From: Candidatus Marinacidobacterales bacterium
GTDB lineage: Bacteria; Acidobacteriota; Vicinamibacteria; Marinacidobacterales; SMYC01
Assembly (NCBI GenBank): GCA_965224085.1
Contig: CBDCYI010000005.1
Coordinates: 2,144,001 to 2,208,000 of the forward strand
Direction of reading: 5' to 3'
Length of the DNA stretch: 64,000 bases
The notes beneath the pieces are model-generated. The model did not search any database, had not been told where the DNA came from, and was given only the letters and a program-made list of their open reading frames with translations. Numbering within the stretch: the first letter of the stretch is position 1; each line of letters opens with the position of its first letter. The position numbers and the translations under genes were made by a program. Of this stretch, positions 28,099 through 39,288 are shown piece after piece.

Positions 28099-29185
28099 TG
28101 CCTTGGTGCACAACTCCGATAGAGGCCGAGAGCTCGCTTGGCCCCGACTCCCATCATCCGATCATCTCGCTATCAGGCATCCCGAGCGCCGTCATGGTGT
28201 TGAGAATCTTGCACCCGATCCTTGCCTCGACTCTCTGTGCCGCCAACCCTCTCGCTCGCATCGCTGAGCCCACGATAGCCTTGTAGCGATGGAACGTTGT
28301 CTCGACTTTGCTCCGTTTGCTGTAGCCCGATTCTGTGTGCCACTTTCGTTTGCCGAGCCGAGCTTGTGCTGCAATGTTGCGATTGCGCTGTCGGCTGCTC
28401 GCCGGCCCCGATGCGAGCTGGGCGCCCTTGCGCGGCGGTATCAGCACCCTCGGCGAGCGATGAGCGCTGTGATTCTCGATTGCCTCATAGACGCCGCTGG
28501 CGTCGTATGCGGTGTCAGCTCTGGCCGATGAGATGGGACTGTCGCTCTGTCTGACAAGCGATGCAACCCGCGATGAATCGCGGGCTCTTTTGCTCGTCAG
28601 CTCGCCGGCGACGACTTCGCCAGTCTGCTCGTCGACACACAGATGGAGCTTGCGATAGTCCCTGCTATTTGGTGCTCTGCGCAGCTGGCCGGCGTGGACA
28701 GCGAGACCGCTGCTGTCGATCAAGATGTGCAACGGCGTCTTCTGCTTGTCTTGGTAGAAGGGGACCTTACCCAGCTTCGCCTTGCGCCTCGAAATCGTGG
28801 TGTGATCGGGCACATCATTGTCTAGCTTCATCAGAGCGAACAACGACCGCAGCAATCCCTCGCTCTGTCTAGATGACAGATGAAACACCATGCCCAGGGT
28901 GACAGCCGTCTCGATGGCGTGGTTCGAGTACTTGCGTTGACGGCCCGGTTTCCTCCTCCTCGGCCGGGGCGCGTCCCAGTTCACAAGCTTGCCGGCGGTG
29001 AGCGAGATCCAGACGGTCAGGCTCCCACGGTTGCGTAGACCCGCCTCATATTCACGCCAATTCCTCACGCGATAGGCCTTCTTCACATACTTCCGCTGAG
29101 TGCGTTTGAAAATGCTCATGGGGAACCTCGTATCCGCGAGTACAGGACAATTGTGGACCGAGATCGCGAGTTGTGCACCAAGGCA
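28099..29185 (-). mobile_element. IS5-family (IS903 group) element, 1087 bp
   Basis: Perfect 18-bp TIRs TGCCTTGGTGCACAACTC at 28099-28116 and 29168-29185; no target-site duplication. Confidence 0.9.
28154..29119 (-). CDS. IS5-family (IS903 group) transposase
   Basis: YRVRNWREYEAGLRNRGSLTVW, VPDHTTISRR, IDSSGL, RKLHLCVD, ADTAYD, GYSKRSKVET. Confidence 0.92.
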   Translation of the reverse strand: MSIFKRTQRKYVKKAYRVRNWREYEAGLRNRGSLTVWISLTAGKLVNWDAPRPRRRKPGRQRKYSNHAIETAVTLGMVFHLSSRQSEGLLRSLFALMKLDNDVPDHTTISRRKAKLGKVPFYQDKQKTPLHILIDSSGLAVHAGQLRRAPNSRDYRKLHLCVDEQTGEVVAGELTSKRARDSSRVASLVRQSDSPISSARADTAYDASGVYEAIENHSAHRSPRVLIPPRKGAQLASGPASSRQRNRNIAAQARLGKRKWHTESGYSKRSKVETTFHRYKAIVGSAMRARGLAAQRVEARIGCKILNTMTALGMPDSEMIG

Positions 29186-30161
29186 AATAGTTGACGGCAA
29201 ACGCGATGCAAAGGAACAGGGCCAAGCCGAGGCGCAACGCCTCGACACGGAGGCGAAGCAGACCATTACCGAGGCCGAGGGGCTTCTTGCGGCAACCCTT
29301 GCGGTTGACGATCGCCTCGATTGGGACGCGGAGCGCGATACGCGACAATTTAAGGCGTTCTCGTTCCCAGATCGTCCGCAGAGGCCAGCATCCAGAGACC
29401 TTGTCCTTCCACCTAAGCCCGGTCTTGGGTGGTTACTGCGAGGTCGCCTTCGAAAGTGGGAGGATGCGTGCGAGAAGCAGGAAAGCCTTCACATAGACGC
29501 GGAAGCGAAGGCGCAGGAAGACTGGAAGGAGGCCGTACGCCAATACGAAAAGGCACGGGAAGACGCTCGACAACAATACGAGAGCGACAAGGCGCAGTTC
29601 CTTAATGGACAGGAGCGTTCAAACAAGGCGCTTGCCGAGTTTAGACGGGCTTTCGAAGCTGGAGAGGTATCTGCAATCGTCGAGTACTGCTCCCGCGTTC
29701 TCGAGAGGTCGCATTATCCGGACTGGGTGGTGATGAGCAACAAGGTCGAGTTCGATGAGGACTCAGGGTTCGTAGTCGTTGATCTTGAGCTTCCCGCTGT
29801 CGAGACAACCCCTACAACAGCGGGGTACAAGTTCGTCTCCCGTGACAATAGCGCAGAACCAATCCCGCTCAAGAAGAAGGAAGCCGACGCGCTTTATGAA
29901 TCGATTCTCGACCAACTCGTCCTGAGGACGATCCATGAAATTATCGAGGCCTGCTATATTGACACGGTTAAGGGAGTACTTCTCAATGGCTGGGTGACCA
30001 GCGTCGATAGTGCAACTGGAAACGATTCCCGCCAACGCCTTCGTTCAGTTCTTGCAAACAGAGTTACCTTTGAAGCTTTCGACCTGAATCGTATCGACCC
30101 CGCCGCCTGTATTCAGCGCCTTAGTGAAGGGGTGGGTCAAGTCGAACAGGCGGACAGATGA
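29186..30161 (+). pseudogene. Protein resembling the N-terminal module of long Mrr-type endonucleases; 5' end removed at the IS boundary, no Mrr catalytic domain
   Basis: Coiled-coil then RSHYPD..VVDLELP..LYESILDQLVLRTIHEI..NGWVTSVDSATG..FDLNRIDPAACIQRL; the called ORF start (29100) lies inside the IS. Confidence 0.6.
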
Positions 30162-31381
30162 TTCACTGCTGCGAGAACTGTGGTGCGAAACAAGAATCTG
30201 ATGCTCGGTTCTGTGCTCAGTGCGGGAGAGAACTACCACAGGTTGCTCCTGTACAAGAAGTTGAAGCCGAAGCCCTACGCGCAGAAATTGCTAGTTTGCG
30301 TGTGGAGCTAGAGTCGGTCGAGGACGCGGTCGAGATTCAGTCTTTCGGATTCTATGAACCGCGGTATGGTTTCGAAACTTCCAAGGAGTATGTTGACCGC
30401 CTCAATGCTATTCGAGACGAACAGAAGGCCATGATTCGAGACAAGTCTGCCACAGTCTGCCCGAGAGACTGGGTGGTGGATGGCAGCCTCGCGAAAGGCC
30501 GACAGATGATGGCCGAACACTCCCAACTGATGTTGCGCGCGTTCAATGGCGATTGCGATGCGGCAATCGGCAGGGTTAAGTACGACAACGTTGCAAGGGT
30601 CGAAAAGCGAATCAGTAAGGCTTTCGAGGCTATCAACAAGCTAGGAGCGACGAAGAGAATCGCTATTGCTGAAGAGTACCTCCAGAAGAAGCTGGCGGAG
30701 CTACATCTCGTGCACGAACACCGAGAGAAACTTTACGAAGAGAAAGAGGAACAGAGAGAAATCCGAGAGCGGATGCGTGAAGAACAAAGGGCAGAGAAAG
30801 AAATCGAGAAGGCGTGCCGTGACGCAGAAGAAGAGGAGCAACGCTACGTCAAGTCGTTTGAGGAGGCACGGGCCCAATTAGACAAAGCCACGGGTGCTCA
30901 GGTTGACAAGCTTGAAGGCCTCGTACAGAAGCTGGAGCAAGAGCTTGCGACGGCGATCGACAGGAAGTCCAAGAGCATGGCACGCGCCCAGCTCACGAGA
31001 TCAGGGCACGTCTACGTGCTGTCGAACGTCGGTTCCTTCGGCGAGGGCATCTACAAGATCGGAATGACAAGAAGACTCGAACCACTTGAGCGGGTGAATG
31101 AGTTAGGCGATGCTTCGGTTCCGTTTCGGTTTGACGTTCACGCAATGATTTACTCCGAAGATGCTCCAAGACTTGAGAGTGCCCTGCACGAGGTGTTCGC
31201 CGCTCGTAGGGTTAATCGCATTAACCTCCGACGTGAGTACTTCCGCGTCACTATTGACAAAATCATGGCGGCAGTCGAAAGGCATCACGGCACCGTGACT
31301 TTTGTGACCAAGCCGGAGGCAGATGAGTTCCGCAAGTCCAGCGCCATCCGCGCCGATGAAGAACCAAGCACCAGATCATGA
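30158..31381 (+). CDS. Zinc-ribbon + DUF4041 + T5orf172/GIY-YIG protein (PD-lambda-1/SNIPE-like)
   Basis: CENC..FCAQC, QSFGFYEPRY, LMLRAFNGDCD, GHVYVLSNVGSFGEGIYKIGMTRRLEPLERVNELGDASVPFRFDVHAMI, RVNRINLRREYF. Confidence 0.82.
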   Translation: MIHCCENCGAKQESDARFCAQCGRELPQVAPVQEVEAEALRAEIASLRVELESVEDAVEIQSFGFYEPRYGFETSKEYVDRLNAIRDEQKAMIRDKSATVCPRDWVVDGSLAKGRQMMAEHSQLMLRAFNGDCDAAIGRVKYDNVARVEKRISKAFEAINKLGATKRIAIAEEYLQKKLAELHLVHEHREKLYEEKEEQREIRERMREEQRAEKEIEKACRDAEEEEQRYVKSFEEARAQLDKATGAQVDKLEGLVQKLEQELATAIDRKSKSMARAQLTRSGHVYVLSNVGSFGEGIYKIGMTRRLEPLERVNELGDASVPFRFDVHAMIYSEDAPRLESALHEVFAARRVNRINLRREYFRVTIDKIMAAVERHHGTVTFVTKPEADEFRKSSAIRADEEPSTRS

Positions 31382-31726
31382 GATACTGTCGCGTTCTCCA
31401 CAGCCTGACGGCCACCCCGAATGAATGAAACGCGGTAGTCTCTGGAGGTGGCACCAGCTCAGAGGTCGGCTCAACGTTGGTGCGACTGAGCCCGTCCCGT
31501 CCTGTGCCAAAACTCGGCCCTTTTGAAATAGGCCATAAATCAGCAACTTAGTGTCTGTGTTTGCGACCGGGCCAAGGGCCGTGGGCTTTACAATCGTCTT
31601 GGGCGGGCGGGTCGTCACCATGCAGATGACCACCTAGTCGAGAGCGAATATCGAAGCATGTTCCTGAAGCTGTTTCCACGCTACGCCGGTCGAGCCCGCC
31701 GAGGGGCTACCGTCGCCGGCGACCAT

Positions 31727-31960
31727 CTACGCGGCACGGCAGTAGTAGTTGAGAATGCCCCCAAGTCGCTCTCGCGACACGATGGGGCCAGCGTCATTCG
31801 CGCTTGCCGGCAGAGGTGTGATGAGCTCGTTGCCGAGACCTTGGTGGTTCCGTTCTGTGTGATAGTGCACTACGTATTCGGTTACCGCTGTGCGCAGGTG
31901 TCGCTCACTGAGAGGTACGAAGCCGTCGAGACACTCTCGACGTATGGAGAGAACGAAGCT
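31727..31960 (-). pseudogene. C-terminal remnant of an rve-type integrase/transposase
   Basis: Minus strand reads [46 protein letters not shown]-stop; a possible element end TGTGCCAAAACTC at about 31503. Confidence 0.7.
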
Positions 31961-32268
31961 GGAGAAGATAAGGGCGAGAGACCGCGACGTTGATCTTTAC
32001 TCGCCATGCTCCCCGCGGTCCAACCGTTGCCCCTATTGCGGACACACGTCAATCGCCACTCCGGACCGTTCGACACCGGTCATGACCGGAGAACCTTCGC
32101 AGGCACACCGTGCTCTGCCGTCGGCAAGGGAGAGCGGCGACTGAGCCGATCCCGCGCCGCCAATCTCTTGACGCAGGAAAACGTTCCTGGCCCAGCGCGG
32201 AACTAGGGCGTCGCCCGAGGCGTACATGTAGCGTCGAGACGAGAAAATCCTTCGCCGCTTCGAGAAGC

Positions 32269-33570
32269 TTATTCCGTGATCTTGCGGACCGTGTTTATGA
32301 AGTCGCGGTGGCCTTTTCTGGGGTCGTAGACGATGACCGGCCTCAGACGGCCAGCGATGGTGTTGGGGCTCGCGCGCGCATAACTCATCAACCTTCTCGC
32401 CAACGTCGTGCGCGCTTCGGACGTTGCCTCGTCGCGGGGGATGCCGGTGAGCAAATCGTTCAGCGTCAGCCGCCATGGCTCTTCACGAAGAAGGGCGTCG
32501 ACAACGATGGCTTTGAGCACGTTGTGAGAAAAATTGAAGTAGAGCGCCACGGGGGAATAAGTGTCTGCAGAAGGACGCTGTTCTTCGAACGCTTTGACCA
32601 AGTCGTCGCGATACTCGGAAAAACGCTCGTGGAAGCTCGAGAGCATGTCCTGGTACGGCTCCAAAGACGATGGCGGGGTGCCCACGAAGGCGCGTGGATC
32701 GGTCGAAAGGCCGTTCAAGAGCCCTTCGACGATCGTGTCGCGCGCATCGCCTTCGCTGCCAGCCTCCCTGAGGATCTTATAGGCTTCCATGAGCGCCGCG
32801 AGCGCTGACAAGACCCAGGGATAGTCGGGGACATTGTCGATGCGCATCCTGATGACGTCGCGTTCGTAATTCGTCTCGAATCCGAAACGAAGATGGCTAC
32901 CCAGAATCGCCGCGTGCGCGAGAGCGATACGTGTGCGATGCTCGAGATTCAACTTGCTCACTTTCGCGAGCAAACGATCGTAGGCGCCGATGTCGGATTC
33001 GAAATGGGCTGTGGCAATCAGGATGAGCGTCTCGGCATTCGAGACGAAATAGTGTCCGCTACCGTCGGGCCCGTGGAGCTCACCGAGGAGCCGCGTCAGC
33101 CGATCGAAGTTTTCGTCCGCGCTTCCCTCATCCCACGCGCGAAGCGAGAGAAGAGCGATCGCGTAAAAGAAGTAATAGTCGAGAAGAATGGCGATAACGG
33201 TCTCCTTCGACTTTTGGGGCTCGGGCATGTCCATAAGGAATAGAGCTACGTCGACAGGGATGGTCTCCTCGTTGAATTTCTCCGCTTTGCCATCCCAGTC
33301 GATCAGCACGTGGAAGCCGTCTTCGCGGGTTTTCTTGTCGAGGGCCCAGATGGTCCGCTCGAGAGAAACTTGGCCCGAGCTCGTCAGGAAGAGGTTCGCG
33401 CGCATGCTATTCGCGAGCTCCGTCAAAGCCGCTTGGAACCGGGGTGGCTTCGAGTAGGCCGCGACCATGTCCCGTCGGGCCGCCCCCTTCAGAATCGCTT
33501 CGACCTGATCGCAAGCACTCGTGAACGTGACAGGTTCTTTGGGGCGAGAGCGCTTGCGCTTTTTGACCAT
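32269..33570 (-). CDS. Hypothetical protein (433 aa)
   Basis: Long ORF with natural amino-acid composition; no motif recognised. Confidence 0.7.
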   Translation of the reverse strand: MVKKRKRSRPKEPVTFTSACDQVEAILKGAARRDMVAAYSKPPRFQAALTELANSMRANLFLTSSGQVSLERTIWALDKKTREDGFHVLIDWDGKAEKFNEETIPVDVALFLMDMPEPQKSKETVIAILLDYYFFYAIALLSLRAWDEGSADENFDRLTRLLGELHGPDGSGHYFVSNAETLILIATAHFESDIGAYDRLLAKVSKLNLEHRTRIALAHAAILGSHLRFGFETNYERDVIRMRIDNVPDYPWVLSALAALMEAYKILREAGSEGDARDTIVEGLLNGLSTDPRAFVGTPPSSLEPYQDMLSSFHERFSEYRDDLVKAFEEQRPSADTYSPVALYFNFSHNVLKAIVVDALLREEPWRLTLNDLLTGIPRDEATSEARTTLARRLMSYARASPNTIAGRLRPVIVYDPRKGHRDFINTVRKITE

Positions 33571-33688
33571 AGAAGGACGATGCTCGATTGGGTGGGAATT
33601 CTAGCATCCGATGGGGCGCTCCTCGCTCGTTGTTCCTTTCTGCCGGCGGCGATAGACTGAGCCACTTCGTTTCGCAGGAAGGTAGGGC

Positions 33689-35444
33689 ATGAGGGGTTTC
33701 GTCTTTCTAGGGTTCTTTTTAGCTGTCGCTGCGGCACCTTTCTCGCTTCGTGCGGCCGATGAAGCAAGCCTACTGGGCGAGGTCGATGCGCAAGCTCTGG
33801 AGCGCCACGCGCGGGCCATCGTCATGCACCGGCGCGATGGCGGAAGCCCTGGCGAGAACGCGGCCGTGGATTATGTGGTCGAGACGTTGAGGGCCGAGGG
33901 TATCGACGTCGAAGTGCACTTGTTTCCCGGCTATGTCAGTAATCCCGGACGATGCGCTCTGCGGGTGGAAGGTGCGGAGCCGCGCGAGCCGACTTGCCGC
34001 ACCCAAGCACTCGCCGCGCCAACGGCCCCGGGCGGCGCCCACGGAGAGCTCGTCTATATCGCTTCCGGCACCCCGAGCGATTACGAGAACGTGGACGTCG
34101 AAGGCAAGGTCGTTCTCGTGAACGCCCTGCCGCTTCCTTGGGGTGTCAAGGATGCCGAAGATCGAGGAGCCGTGGGGGCCGTCTTCATGTCCTATTCCGA
34201 GCTCATCCAAGAGCTCACCGTCAGTCCCATCTGGGGAACGCCGACCCACGAAAACTACGAAGAGCTTCCTTCGATCCCGAGCGTCAACATCAACAAGCCG
34301 GACGGGGACGCGCTTCGCGAAGCTCTCGCGTCGGCCCCCGTGACGGTCGCGATGGAAACCGAGGTCGACACGGGTTGGAAAATGCTAAAGCTCGCGGTGG
34401 CGACCGTAGAAAGCGAAAAGGACGCCGACGGGTTCGTGCTGGTCGGCGGCCACATCGACGGCTGGCATTACGGAGCCGTCGACGAAGGCGCCTCGAACGC
34501 CGCGATGGTCGAGATGGCGCGTATCTTTCACCGTCATCGAGGCGAGCTCGAGCGAAGCTTGAAAGTCGCCTGGTGGCCGGCGCACTCGAATGGCCGCTAT
34601 GCCGGCTCGGCCTGGTTTGTCGACTATGCGTGGCTCGAGCTTCGCGACCATGCGCTGGCCTATATGAACATCGACGGGGTCGGTCAGATGGGCGCGAGTG
34701 TCTACCGCTCGAGCAATACGGCTTCGATGGACGAGCTCGCGAGCGCGGTGTTCCGCGACTGTCGCTTCGGTGGCCGGCCGGGCTAGCCGCCCCGGACGCA
34801 ACTCGGATCAAGGCTTCTATGGCATCGGGATGCCACTTCTCCAATTCAGTCACGGGCGTGTCGACCCGGGCGGCCGCTATTGGTTCTGGCATACGACGGA
34901 AGACACGTTCGATAAGATTGACTTCGGGATTCTGACCGGTGATACGAAGCTTTACGTCGCCGCTCTTTCTAGGCTGTTAACGAACGCGATCCCACCGATA
35001 CGACTGGCGGCCGCGATCCAAGAGCTGACGGAACGTCTCGAGGAGCGGAAAGCCTGGGCGGGCGATCAATTCGATCTGTCGAGCGCCTTAGGCAAAGCGG
35101 CCGAGCTTCATCGTGCGGCGCTCGAGCTCGATCGGCGCCTCGCGACCTATTCCGGAGCGTCTACCGCGGACGTCGTGCGGCGCATGGTGCGCGTGATCCG
35201 CCCCGTCTTGCGCGTGACCTATGAACGAAATGGGCCCTATCACCAAGACCCGGCGCTCCAAGTGGCCACGATCCCTGGACTCGCGCCCCTCGAGACGCTT
35301 TCGAACCATCCGCGCGGGAGCGACATCTACCGTTTCACCCAGGTGCATCTCGTCCGAGAGCGGAATCGGCTCGAGGATAGTCTCGACCAAGCCATCCGTG
35401 AGGCGCGGGCGCTTGCGCGCGTCCTCGGCGAAAATGTGCGCTGA
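33689..35444 (+). pseudogene. PA-domain M28 peptidase split by a frameshift near 34755
   Basis: Signal peptide, VDVEGKVVLV, VLVGGHIDGWHYGAVDEG, YMNID; continues in the next frame with RNSDQGFYGIG and WHTTEDTFDKID. Confidence 0.75.
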
Positions 35445-36348
35445 CCAAGCCTCGGGCGTGCTAGCTCGGCTTCTGGGAGCGCGCGGAGCGAAGCGTTTTC
35501 TCGAGAACCACTGGCCTCACGACATCTTCCTCTGCCACGGCGCTAAAAAACGGCTCCGGGGCCTGACAGACATTCCCGAGCTCGAGAGCGTGGAGAGCCT
35601 TCTTCGATGTCCCGCTGACCGCTTGATGGTGCAAAACGATCACCGCACGCTCGTCTGCGAGAATCCCGACGAAGCGCGCGAGCTCTACGACTGGGGCTAC
35701 CAACTCTATTGGGACAACATCCAACCTGAAAGCGAGAGTTTCGATGCGTGGATACGCGGGCTCGAGGACGAGCTCGGGCTTCCGCGGGGCTTGATCCGAT
35801 GCAACGCCTTTGCGTGTACCCGTGAGTGCTCGACCGTGCCGGGATTCCATTTCGACTACGGCGAAGGGTTCAGCATCCAAGTACAGGGCAAGAAGCAGTG
35901 GCGCTATCTCGACAATCGTCACGTGCGCTACCCGGATTTCACCTATATGCTCGGCGAATGGGTCGAGCCCGATAAGAAGCATTTCTTCGAGCGCGGCGCG
36001 CCGGAACGGCTCCCGGCGGGCAAAAGTGTCGTCATGAAACCCGGCTCGGTGCTCTTTCTACCCCGCGGGGCATGGCACACGACCGTGCCGATCGGCGCGT
36101 CGCTGCACATAGACATTGATGTGGAGACGCCGACTTGGGCGACGGTCATGCTTCAAACGCTCGAGCGGGAGCTCTTGCGCGAGGAACATTGGAGGGAGCC
36201 CATCGATACGCATTCGCGAAGGACGACCGAGGACGCGGAGGAGCGATTGCGTGAGCTTCTCCAAGAGCTCTCCGAGCGCGTTGGCCGTTTTGACCCTGGG
36301 CGGACGTTGAAGCGCGCCGGACTCGAGAGTGCACGCTTTGGGGGCTAA
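35434..36348 (+). CDS. JmjC/cupin-4 (YcfD/ROX-like) 2OG-Fe(II) oxygenase
   Basis: GFHFD..FSIQVQGKKQWR and MKPGSVLFLPRGAWHTT give the HxD...H triad. Confidence 0.82.
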   Translation: MCADQASGVLARLLGARGAKRFLENHWPHDIFLCHGAKKRLRGLTDIPELESVESLLRCPADRLMVQNDHRTLVCENPDEARELYDWGYQLYWDNIQPESESFDAWIRGLEDELGLPRGLIRCNAFACTRECSTVPGFHFDYGEGFSIQVQGKKQWRYLDNRHVRYPDFTYMLGEWVEPDKKHFFERGAPERLPAGKSVVMKPGSVLFLPRGAWHTTVPIGASLHIDIDVETPTWATVMLQTLERELLREEHWREPIDTHSRRTTEDAEERLRELLQELSERVGRFDPGRTLKRAGLESARFGG

Positions 36349-36354
36349 CAGAGC

Positions 36355-36957
36355 ATGAGCACGAACGACAGCCAGTCCCTTGCGCAACAGACGACGCTTC
36401 ACCTCCTGGACGAAGTGCGCGCGGGGAACGAAGCCGCCGTTTCGCTTCTCTACAAACGGCACTTAGCGCGACTGCAGAGGTGGGCTCGAGGACGGCTTCC
36501 GTGCGGGGCGCGAGAGATGATGGACACGGACGACTTGGTCTAGCAGGTGCTCATGAAGACGTTGCGTCACGTGGCTTCGTTCGAGCCCACCCACACCGGG
36601 GGCTTCTAGTCCTATTTGCGCGCGGGGGTGACGAATCTCATCCGCGACGAGCTGCGCCGGCGTCAACGGCAGCCGCCTGGGCATCAAACGGCAAGCAGCG
36701 TCGAAGCCTTCGGCCCGTCGCCTCTCGAGGAGCTCATCGGTCGGGAAAAGCTCAATCGCTACGAGCGCGGTCTCTCACAGCTTGCTGAGAGCGACCGCGA
36801 AATGGTGGTCGCCCGTCTCGAGCTCGGCTTGAGCTACGACGAGATCGCGAAAGAACTCGGAAAACCGAGCGCGGACGCGGCGCGGATGGCGGTGACTCGC
36901 GCGGTCACGCGACTCGCAGAGGAGGTGCGTGGCGCGAAGGGCTCGCGGCGCTCGTAA
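36355..36957 (+). pseudogene. ECF sigma factor with two in-frame TAG stops
   Basis: RLQRWARGRLP..DTDDLV*QVL..GGF*SYLR..NLIRDELRR..LGLSYDEIAKELGKPSADAARMAVTRA; TAG at 36541 and 36607. Confidence 0.82.
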
Positions 36958-36983
36958 TCGTCAACGACTCTCGAGAAGCAAGC

Positions 36984-38921
36984 TCAGCGCGGTGCGGCCA
37001 CGGCGTTGTCGACGTCCAGCCGCCAATTCGCAACGACCTGGATGTTTCGGCGCCGCGGCCCGCGGTCCATCATCAGAAATCGCCGCCCATCGGGCGAGAC
37101 ATCGAAGCTCGTGTCGGACTCGAGCTCGAATGCGTCGGCTACGAATAACGCCTCTGGTCGGCTTGCCGTGAAGCGCGCACCGAGCGTCACCTCCGCAACC
37201 ATGACAGTGTCTTCCTCGAGAAAGAAGAGCTCATGGCCATCCGTGCTCCACACGGGGTGGGATCCGCCTTCGAGAGAAACGCGCGTGCGTCCTCCTGAAT
37301 CAGGGTAAGGCTGCACGTAGATCTCGGTGCGGTAAGACTCCTCGGAAGCGTACGCGATCCAAGCGCCGTCGGGCGACAGCCGCGCTTGCCACTCCCAGTT
37401 GCGGGTCACCATGATCGGCTGCACGCCGTCGTTCGCACTCACGTCGAGGGTGCCAATGTCCCCGAGAGTCTCTGGGCGCAGGCGGCTCACGATGAGTGCG
37501 TTATGGTGCGGGGACCATGCGCTCGGGCATATCGGCTCCGGGCTGCGTGCGAGCACGATGGGCGGACGGCTACCGTCCACGGGCGCGGAACGAAGCAGAA
37601 TCTCTCCATCGCCCGCAGTGCAAAATGCCACTTCCTCGCCGCCCGATATCCAAATCGGGAAGTGATTGTCTTCTCCATCTGACGTGAGCCGTGTTCTGCC
37701 GCCGCGCGTGAGGTCGATGACCCAAATGCCCGACGCGTCCACTTCGATCATCTCAGCCGCGACCATCGTGCCGTCTGGAGACAAACGCAAGTTCGCATAG
37801 CGACCGGCGTCGGCGGCAGGCGTCGCGTGCGATCCGTCGCGGTCGACCCACATTAACGATCGCTCGCGCGTGGCGGGGATGTAGGCGAGAGTACCGTTGT
37901 CGGAAAGCGTGTACTGTGAGCCATAGGGCCGCATCACGCTCAAACTTTGCGTCACGCCCTCGAGCACGCGAGCCGGTGGCCCTTCGAGCGTCAGCGTCTC
38001 GGCGTCAAAAGGCGCGGCGAACAAGGACCCCGCTCGGGCGAAGACGAGATGTCCAGGCGACAGGTACATGGGGCTCGTTCCCAACGATTCGAACCGTTTG
38101 ATCGCACCGGTCTCGAGCGACAGCGCGCCGATAGTGTCGATTCGGAAATCCGCGGTCACGATAGAGAATAAAACGGATTTTCCGCCCGGGAGCATGGCCG
38201 GAAACGAGTGCCGAAATTCCCCGTTATCGCGGTCCGGCGTCGTCACGGGCTCAGGGAGCCCGCCTTGGGCGTTGACGGCGAGAAGGCCGTTAGTCGTGTA
38301 GTCGGTGAAGACGATCGTATCGTCGGCGCCCCAGCTCGCACTCGATCCTTTGCCGGCGACCGCATCGCAAATCGTGATGGCGTTGCCGCCGGCGACCGGT
38401 ACTCTCTTGAGCTTGTTGTCGTTTGCAAAAAACGCGATCCATTTGCCGTCCGGTGAGAAGAACGGGTTGTAAGGGAGCTCGCTCCCTCGGATGAGCTGAG
38501 CTTCGAATGAAGAGAGCGGTCGGTAGTACAACTGCTGCTCGTCCTCGTAGGCGGTGCCGTCACCACGGGGCGATAGCGCGAGCGACGGACCCCAGTCGAC
38601 GTCGAGCTCTTGGCCCGCCGCAAGCAGAATGTTGAAGCGCAGCACGTCGGGCGGTGTGACGTCCGGAGTCAGCCAGGAGGTAGCGGCAACGGCCAGAGCT
38701 GCCGCCGCAGCGCCTCCCAGAAGAAACGGTGGGAGCGCACTCTTCGCGGCGCGCCGCCCCCCCCAGCGCTCCTTCGATGCGGTGCTGATGACGCCGAGAG
38801 AATGCAAGAGCGCCCGATTCATCGCGCCAGCGCTCGGATAGCGCTCCGCGGGATCGGGGTGCAAGGCGCGCTCGACGACCACGACGAAATCATCGGGCAC
38901 GCCCGGTCGCAAGTCGCGCAA
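36984..38921 (-). pseudogene. C-terminal part of a Ser/Thr kinase-TM-TolB/PD40 beta-propeller protein
   Basis: Kinase subdomain XI (VVERALHPDPAERYPSA), TM helix, repeated (F/L/V)SPDG motifs; kinase N-terminus missing or scrambled. Confidence 0.8.
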
Positions 38922-38924
38922 AAG

Positions 38925-39288
38925 CTGTCCCTCGGCCTGACGACCGCGCGGTGGCCCTCAAGCTGTTGCGAGACGCTGGGCTGAGTCGAGCGCGCGCGAC
39001 TCTGTCGTCCGAGAGGCGCAGCTTCTCGCACGCGTGAGCCATCCGAACGTCGCGACCGTTTACGGCGCGGATACGCATGACGGGCGTACCGGCATCTGGG
39101 TGGAATATTTGCGCGGGCGTACGCTCGAAGAGATGCTCGACGACGGTCCTCTGAGCGCGAAGGAGCCTCGACCGGGAACCTGTTGGTCACGAGATGGAAC
39201 AGCAACACGCCCACGCTATAGATGTCCGATTGCGCGGATTCCGGCTCGCCTCGGAACACTTCTGGCGCCACATAGAACGGCGTGCCCG
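38925..39288. pseudogene. Scrambled Ser/Thr kinase fragments in both orientations
   Basis: + strand about 38925-39165: VALKLL, REAQLLARVSHPNVATVYG, IWVEYLRG; - strand about 39160-39288: GTPFYVAPEVFRG..SDIYSVGVLLFHLVT. Confidence 0.75.

Noticed and set aside
29100-29185. Called N-terminus of the 353-aa ORF
   Set aside because: Lies inside the IS5 end and is not the native start
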